Assembly: GCA_963666205.1 (NCBI GenBank)
Contig: OY762654.1
Span: 1,792,001-1,856,000 of the forward strand
DNA from: Synergistales bacterium
GTDB taxonomy: Bacteria > Synergistota > Synergistia > Synergistales > JAFGMB01
Direction of reading: 5' to 3'
DNA: 64,000 nucleotides
Numbering within the stretch: position 1 is the stretch's first letter; each line of letters opens with the position of its first letter. Shown here piece by piece: positions 58,171-64,000 of this stretch. The notes beneath the pieces were generated by a model that was not told where the DNA came from, searched no databases, and saw only the letters and a list, made by a program, of their open reading frames with translations. The position numbers and the translations under genes were made by a program.

Positions 58171-58213
58171 TATAATAATCAGATATCGTATCCGATATCT
58201 GATTATTATATCA
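58171..58213 (-). promoter_or_regulatory. Perfect 18-bp inverted repeat overlapping an extended -10 upstream of dctP
   Basis: TATAATAATCAGATATCG-TATC-CGATATCTGATTATTATA; the minus strand reads TGATATAAT. Confidence 0.7.
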
Positions 58214-58497
58214 TTTGTTCCAGATTATTTAATACCCCTTCAGGATAATGACTAAGCTAATTCAAGACGAAATAGTTCCATATTTCTCTCCAGAAATAAT
58301 ATGAGATCCTGGTGGTATGCAGGATAAGTAATGAGAATATCTGTAAATGTGCACTCCTGATTTCAGAATGTATCTCTGGAGCCTGGTCGATGCAGAATCG
58401 CAGATCAGGAATGGTTCAGGTTTGCCCTTTTTTCGATGTAGAGGCATAATTAACGATTGTGTTCACTATTGTATTGCGTGGATGGGGAGGTTTTTAT

Positions 58498-59286
58498 TTG
58501 CAGTTAGTGATAATTTCAATTGCTACATTTCTGGTTGCAGTTTTCATGACCATGGCAGGCCGGGGTGGAGGAAACTTTTATGTGCTTCTTCAGGTTGCAG
58601 CGGGTGCTTCAATGGGTATGGCCGCCAGTACCGGTCAGTTCCTCATGTTCGCCACTTCTCTTGCAGCCATGTTCATTTTCAATAAACACAAGACAGTTTC
58701 CTGGTCTATGGCGATATTCATTGGCCTTACCACAAGCCTTATGGCTTTTGTAGGAGGGTTTTCGGCCAGCTATTTTTCAGGCACATGCCTGAAACTGGTT
58801 TTCTCAGTCATGCTTGTAATAGCATCCATATTCATGCTTTTCCCTGTGCGGGAAAGAGAAGGAGAATTACCCTCCGGTTTTGGACTATGGAAGATATCCT
58901 TTGATGGAGAAGAGTATGTCATTAACTTCTGGATAGCCCTTCCTGTAGCTCTTGCTACAGGATTTGTTGCCGGTATGGTGGGTGTTTCAGGAGGATCTTT
59001 TCTGATCCCTCTCATGGTTCTGGGCTGCCGCCTGCCCATGCACGTAGCAGTCGGAACTGCTTCCGTAATGGTTGCAGCTACGGCTGGAATGGGTTTTCTC
59101 GGCCACCTTGCCAGCGGTGGAGTAGACTTTGCCTGGGTATTGCCCCAGGCGGGTGTGGCTATACTTGGCGGGGTTATTGGCAGCAGGCTTGCCCTTAAAA
59201 CCAGGCCAAAGTCTCTGAAAATGGTCTTTGCCCTGACAACTTTCATCGCTGCAGGTCTCATGTTCTTCAACGCCATTACAGGGTAA
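58498..59286 (+). CDS. Sulfite exporter TauE/SafE family protein
   Basis: Two repeats, AGRGGG and GMVGVSGG…P…AVGT; about 8 TM; TTG start after GGAGG. Confidence 0.88.
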   Translation: MQLVIISIATFLVAVFMTMAGRGGGNFYVLLQVAAGASMGMAASTGQFLMFATSLAAMFIFNKHKTVSWSMAIFIGLTTSLMAFVGGFSASYFSGTCLKLVFSVMLVIASIFMLFPVREREGELPSGFGLWKISFDGEEYVINFWIALPVALATGFVAGMVGVSGGSFLIPLMVLGCRLPMHVAVGTASVMVAATAGMGFLGHLASGGVDFAWVLPQAGVAILGGVIGSRLALKTRPKSLKMVFALTTFIAAGLMFFNAITG

Positions 59287-59418
59287 GTCAATTTTAGATT
59301 GCCGATTTTAGATTTTGGATTTGAAACCATCAACAGCTGAAAACAGGATCGAGGATCTTTTCCATGGGATAAAAGTCATATTCTCTGTAGATTCCCTGTT
59401 ACTATCTTAACTACCCCA

Positions 59419-59889
59419 TCATTTCTTTATTACGTTTCTGTCCAGTATGAAGTCTACGGGAGTGGGTTCATTCACGCTGTCTACCACGGGGCAGAGAGAT
59501 GCCACCTTTTCAATAAATGCTTTCTTTTTAAGGTCATCAAGGGGAGAATCCAGGTTCACAATGACCTTCATAACAGGAAAACCTACCCTGTTTACTGAAT
59601 CTTCACCCATGGTTTTCCTTACGTCTATTTCGCCTTCCACCTTTGCAGAGATCGAATTTATAGGTACTCCAGCCTTGGCTGCAACCCTCCGGGCTGTGCT
59701 GAGGAAACATGCTCCAACAGAAAAGGCAAAGGTTTCAAAAGGAGTTGGTGCCGTGTCTCCGCCTCCCAGGCTTTCGAGGAGATCTGTCTTAAGGGAATAC
59801 TTTCTTGCTTTTCCCACAACGGTATTACCCTTCCCTTCCTGGAGCGAAACACTTACAGGCAGCATAACAGGTTTTCCTATCTCTACCAT
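59419..59889 (-). CDS. OsmC family protein
   Basis: GGGDTAPTPFE…GAC and LCPV; two Cys. Confidence 0.85.
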   Translation of the reverse strand: MVEIGKPVMLPVSVSLQEGKGNTVVGKARKYSLKTDLLESLGGGDTAPTPFETFAFSVGACFLSTARRVAAKAGVPINSISAKVEGEIDVRKTMGEDSVNRVGFPVMKVIVNLDSPLDDLKKKAFIEKVASLCPVVDSVNEPTPVDFILDRNVIKK

Positions 59890-60201
59890 GTCTTGAGACT
59901 CCTTCCATAATCTGAATAGATTCATGTATTTCAGTTTAACAGCCCTTGTGATAACGAGTCAACCAGATAAATAGATATTATAAGATCAAAGACAGGGTCA
60001 TTAATTTACCCTGAATTTATTACCTCTTGATCCTGAAACCAGTTTTCTGTTTATAATATTAATTATTTTTCTGAATGATATAATCTTTTCAATAACTCCT
60101 CCAAATTACGATAATTCAATCCGCAACTGGTATGCACAGAATACAGGCCTGCGATCATTCTCTTTTCATTCATGATCATTTAGAGATAAGGATCATTTCA
60201 G

Positions 60202-61860
60202 ATGATGACAAAGATAAGGAGTATTTCCGGAGATCTTGTAACAGGTTTAAGCATGGCGACTATCATTATCCCCTTTTCAATGGCCTATTCCGTGAATGCA
60301 GGGCTTCCTGTATCTTACGGACTGTCTGCTGCTGCCATACCGCCGCTGATGTACCTCTTTTTCGGCACTTCTCCCTATCTTTCTGTTGGTCCGGTGGCCA
60401 TGCTTTCCCTTATCATATTTCAGGGGTGTTCTCCCTTTGCTGTACCCGGCACGTCTGAGTATATTTCATTGGTACTCATGGTCACCTTCATGGTAGGAGC
60501 CATACAGCTTCTGGCTGGTTTTATCCGGGCCGGTTTTATAATGTCCTTTCTTTCCCAGGCCGTGATAAACGGATTTACTTATGGTGCAGCCCTGGTCATT
60601 TTTACCAGCCAGTTTCGACATGTTCTTGGTATTGATATTAACCCCGTAGGTTCCATGGCCCAGATCATCTACAGGGTATTTCTGAATATAAGGCAGCTGA
60701 ATGTTTTGTCCCTGAGCCTGGCTGTCACTTCCATTGTTCTTATTCTGACCCTTGAGAAAAAATACCCCCGTTTTCCAGCACCTCTACTGGTTATAGTAAC
60801 GGGGAGCATAATGACCTGTCTGCTGAGACTGGATAATTTCGGAGTGAGGGTGGTGGGTGATATAGGAACCAGTTTCCCTGCCATTGTCCTTCCCCTGGGA
60901 AACCTTCCCATGATACCCCATCTTCTTCCCGTTACATTTACTCTTCTGGTGGTGGGAATGATGGAATCAGTTCCCATATCCCGCCACCTGGCCTCCCGGT
61001 CCAGGAAAAAGTTCCATATCGACGCGGAGTTGAAGGGCTTAGGTCTTGCAAACCTGGTGTCTTCATTCCTGAGTGGATATGTAGTTACTGGAGGTCTCGC
61101 GAGAACTCTTTTCAACTATCGGTCAGGAGCGCGGACCAAAGTATCATCGAGCATAACCTCTGTGCTGGTGATCATAAGCCTTGTAATGTTCAGGAAGATC
61201 TTTTATTACATTCCACAGCCTGTCCTTTCTTCCCTTATCATGTGCTCGGCTATTTCCCTCTATATGACAGAAGATGTCAGGTATCTTTACAGAGTTGAAA
61301 AGAAAGATGGAACAGTTCTGCTCCTGACTTTCGTAACTACCATTTTCGTGGGTGTGCAGTGGGGTCTAGTGCTGGGGATATTGCTTTCCCTGGTATTACT
61401 CCTTCATAAACATATAGAACCATGTACCGAGGAACTTGGTTACTCAAGGCAGGAGGATCAGTTTATGGAGCTATGTAAATGCGGTGAAAAGGGTTCTTTT
61501 GACGAGGGTGCTATCCTCAGGGCAAAAGGAGATCTTCATTTTGCCAATATCCATCATCTTGAAGACCTTGTCCATCAGAAGATCCTTGAAAAGTCATCCC
61601 TGGTATGGATACTTATGGATCTGAAGGATGTTGACGATATGGACGGAGTGGCAGTTATGAAGATGGAAGAGCTTATGGACCGATGCATGAGCAATAACAT
61701 ATCCCTGCATATATCTGGGGTGCAGGGCGAAGTTAAGATAAGGCTCGATATGCTTGGATGGCCGGAAAAATATAAAAACTCAATTCATACTGATCTTAAG
61801 AGTGCCCTCGATAAAATCGATTCGGGACACAAGTGCGATCCCTTTATCCGTTTCATTTAG
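60202..61860 (+). CDS. SulP family anion transporter with STAS domain
   Basis: DLVTGL…P.SMAY, FGTS..LSVGP, GLAN, STAS LHFAN…DMDG. Confidence 0.9.
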   Translation: MMTKIRSISGDLVTGLSMATIIIPFSMAYSVNAGLPVSYGLSAAAIPPLMYLFFGTSPYLSVGPVAMLSLIIFQGCSPFAVPGTSEYISLVLMVTFMVGAIQLLAGFIRAGFIMSFLSQAVINGFTYGAALVIFTSQFRHVLGIDINPVGSMAQIIYRVFLNIRQLNVLSLSLAVTSIVLILTLEKKYPRFPAPLLVIVTGSIMTCLLRLDNFGVRVVGDIGTSFPAIVLPLGNLPMIPHLLPVTFTLLVVGMMESVPISRHLASRSRKKFHIDAELKGLGLANLVSSFLSGYVVTGGLARTLFNYRSGARTKVSSSITSVLVIISLVMFRKIFYYIPQPVLSSLIMCSAISLYMTEDVRYLYRVEKKDGTVLLLTFVTTIFVGVQWGLVLGILLSLVLLLHKHIEPCTEELGYSRQEDQFMELCKCGEKGSFDEGAILRAKGDLHFANIHHLEDLVHQKILEKSSLVWILMDLKDVDDMDGVAVMKMEELMDRCMSNNISLHISGVQGEVKIRLDMLGWPEKYKNSIHTDLKSALDKIDSGHKCDPFIRFI

Positions 61861-61998
61861 CTGTTTGTTTATACATCTGTTCTTCTGATTTTTTATCTTC
61901 AGGTCCAATTGAGACGCTATTGAACCTGGGAAAATATGCCAGCCTTCTGCTACTGCTCGTCAGAGTGGGATCTACACTTCCTCCCCAAAAGAGTATTG

Positions 61999-63681
61999 TT
62001 AAAATACCCTGTCCTCAAGCATGGCTCCTTCATCGGCCTGGAGTGCCATTTTGGCGCATATACCCAGGATCCCCCCCTTTACCTTGGGAGGCGGAGGGGT
62101 CCATGCTTCAAGTCTTTTTTTAATAATTTCATCAGGAATGTCGAGATCAACCCTTCTGTCGTCGATATCTATAGTTACAGGATCACCATCCTCAACTATT
62201 GACAGAGGTCCGCCTGTCGCTGCTTCCGGAGTTATATGACCCACTGCGGCACCTTCTGTGAAACCCGAAAATCTTCCATCCGTAAGGACATACACATCCT
62301 GGCCAAGTCCCAAGCCAACCAGGGCATCGGTGGTCATCATCATTTCCCTCATCCCGGGTGCTCCCCTGGGGCCTTCATAACGAATTACCACTACATCACC
62401 TTTTTGGATTTTTCCTCCTATAACGGCTTCATGAGCCTTGTCATCCGAAGAGAAAACTCTGGCTAAACCCTTGAACCTGCGGCTCTTCTGCCCGATGGTG
62501 GTGGTTCGGCATATGGCACCTCCAGGCATGAGGTTTCCCCGGATAACAGCGATGCCTCCATTCTCAAAGACGGGGTCGTCTGTTGTGGTAAGAACATCCC
62601 TGTTGAGAGATCTTGCCGTCTTCATGATATCTCCAGCAGTTTTGCCGGAAACCGAGGCGGCGGAACTGTCAAGATAATCTCTTAGTTCCCCCATGATTGC
62701 AGGGACCCCTCCAGCATGATGCAGGTCCATTACAGTCGCCTTTCCGGTAGGAATGACTCTGGATATTACAGGGACTTCCCTGGAGAGTCTGTCAAAATCG
62801 TCAAGGGTCAGGTCGATTCCCAGTTCACGGGCATAGCTGAGAAGGTGGAGTACCCCATTGGTGGACCCCGCAATTCCCAGGAGGAGGGTCACAGCATTTA
62901 TGATATTTTCTTTTTTGATTAGTTGGGAAGGGGTGATTCCCTCTCTGGTAAGTTCAACAGCTCTTCTGCCGGTCTGGGTGGCATAACGGAGTTTTTCTGC
63001 ATAGACAGCGGGAACAGTGGAGGAACCCGGAAGGGCCATTCCCATCCCTTCCATCAAAATCTGCATGGTGTTGGCTGTTCCCATTAGAGCACATGCTCCT
63101 GCACCGGGGCAGACATGATCTTCCAGGTATTTCAGTTTTTCCGATACATCCTTTTCACCATACTGGGAACCGAAGACAAGCTGGTCAAGCTCGGACATGA
63201 CAGCCTGTCTTCCCTCGCAGGTGCATGTAAGCTGGGGGCCGCCTGAGAGGAAAATGGTCGGAAGTCCCGACCTTATAGCCCCTATGAATACACCGGGGAT
63301 GATGCTGTCGCAGGAGGCGAGGATAACAAGACCGTCAAGAAGCTGGACATTGGCCATTATCTCCACGGAAGAAGCGATGACGTCCCGTATCACAAGCTCG
63401 TATCTCATGTGAGGGGTCCCTATGGGAACGGCTCCGCAGGTGGCAATGGTACGGAATTCAAAAGGGGTACCTCCAGCCTGCCAGATCCCGGCTTTGACAT
63501 GTCTGGTGAGATGGTCAAGATGGACATGTCCCAGAGCGGCATCATTGGCTGGATTAACCACACCTATAAGAGGTTTCGAGAGATCTATATCATCATAACC
63601 CGCACCTTTATATATGGCTCTTCTGGAAGCCGCGGCACTTGTTGAAAAAAGTTTATCTTTCGCAGAACGGTAATTCTCCAT
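61999..63681 (-). CDS. IlvD/Edd family dehydratase (divergent)
   Basis: KPLIGV, TANTM, GSTN..LHL, RYEGPRGAPGMREM, TDGRFSG, GHITPEA; start placed at ATG 63681. Confidence 0.85.
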   Translation of the reverse strand: MENYRSAKDKLFSTSAAASRRAIYKGAGYDDIDLSKPLIGVVNPANDAALGHVHLDHLTRHVKAGIWQAGGTPFEFRTIATCGAVPIGTPHMRYELVIRDVIASSVEIMANVQLLDGLVILASCDSIIPGVFIGAIRSGLPTIFLSGGPQLTCTCEGRQAVMSELDQLVFGSQYGEKDVSEKLKYLEDHVCPGAGACALMGTANTMQILMEGMGMALPGSSTVPAVYAEKLRYATQTGRRAVELTREGITPSQLIKKENIINAVTLLLGIAGSTNGVLHLLSYARELGIDLTLDDFDRLSREVPVISRVIPTGKATVMDLHHAGGVPAIMGELRDYLDSSAASVSGKTAGDIMKTARSLNRDVLTTTDDPVFENGGIAVIRGNLMPGGAICRTTTIGQKSRRFKGLARVFSSDDKAHEAVIGGKIQKGDVVVIRYEGPRGAPGMREMMMTTDALVGLGLGQDVYVLTDGRFSGFTEGAAVGHITPEAATGGPLSIVEDGDPVTIDIDDRRVDLDIPDEIIKKRLEAWTPPPPKVKGGILGICAKMALQADEGAMLEDRVF

Positions 63682-64000
63682 TTTCAAACCACCAGCTTTC
63701 TCCAAAATAGAGTATTTACAGGTATAAGTTCCGTCAAAATATTGAGACAATTCAATTCTAAAGGAAAAAGGGTTTCCGTATAGGGGGTAATACTCTGAAA
63801 TCCTGAGATCAAAGGAACGCATACCTTATAACATAAAGGATGTTTGAAGGAATTGAACACGCAACAAACAGTATGGTGGATAGAAGAGGCGCCTTTATTT
63901 TGTTGAATGATGGTTTACGGCCTATTTCAACGTACCGTAAATGGCCATAATATATTTCACTTCAGAATCCGGAATTGATTTACTGCTGAGGTTAATACCT

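Noticed and set aside
58262-58447. 61-aa minus-strand ORF between dctP and tauE
   Set aside because: No RBS or motif recognised; likely a chance ORF.
60153-60197. Three GATCATT repeats upstream of sulP
   Set aside because: Short and irregularly spaced; not CRISPR-like or a convincing operator.
807-63645. Many overlapping antisense or alternate-frame ORFs in the track (e.g. 6628-7299, 13126-13905, 35634-36347)
   Set aside because: They shadow well-supported genes and carry no recognisable motifs.

Overview
A gene-dense 64 kb bacterial window with about 57 CDS and no rRNA, tRNA, CRISPR array or transposase that I can recognise. Gene content suggests an anaerobic amino-acid fermenter, possibly Synergistota (inference only). 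The window is mostly transporter-plus-catabolism modules: three tripartite tricarboxylate transporters (TTT), one TRAP transporter and one sodium:solute symporter, most with a neighbouring regulator. The main candidate for an undescribed system is an 11-gene minus-strand operon (41950-54957): YheO-like regulator, L-cysteine desulfidase, TctCBA, malic enzyme, class II fumarase, MmgE/PrpD-family protein, non-PurB adenylosuccinate-lyase-family lyase, MalY/PatB C-S lyase and an MFS protein. It reads as an oxygen-independent route, with no acetyltransferase in the locus, to import and ferment S-(2-succino)cysteine: cleavage to cysteine plus fumarate, with both halves sent to pyruvate. Its cysteine desulfidase gene has a near-identical inverted copy 39 kb away (12619-13917). 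Other unexplained modules are a divergent IclR locus with two LeuC/LeuD-type hydratases, an ICL/PEP-mutase-family lyase and a TTT; an aminotransferase-TTT-aldolase operon; an opine dehydrogenase-symporter locus; and an IlvD-family enzyme with altered Mg ligands. All calls come from motif recognition by eye; no searches were run.
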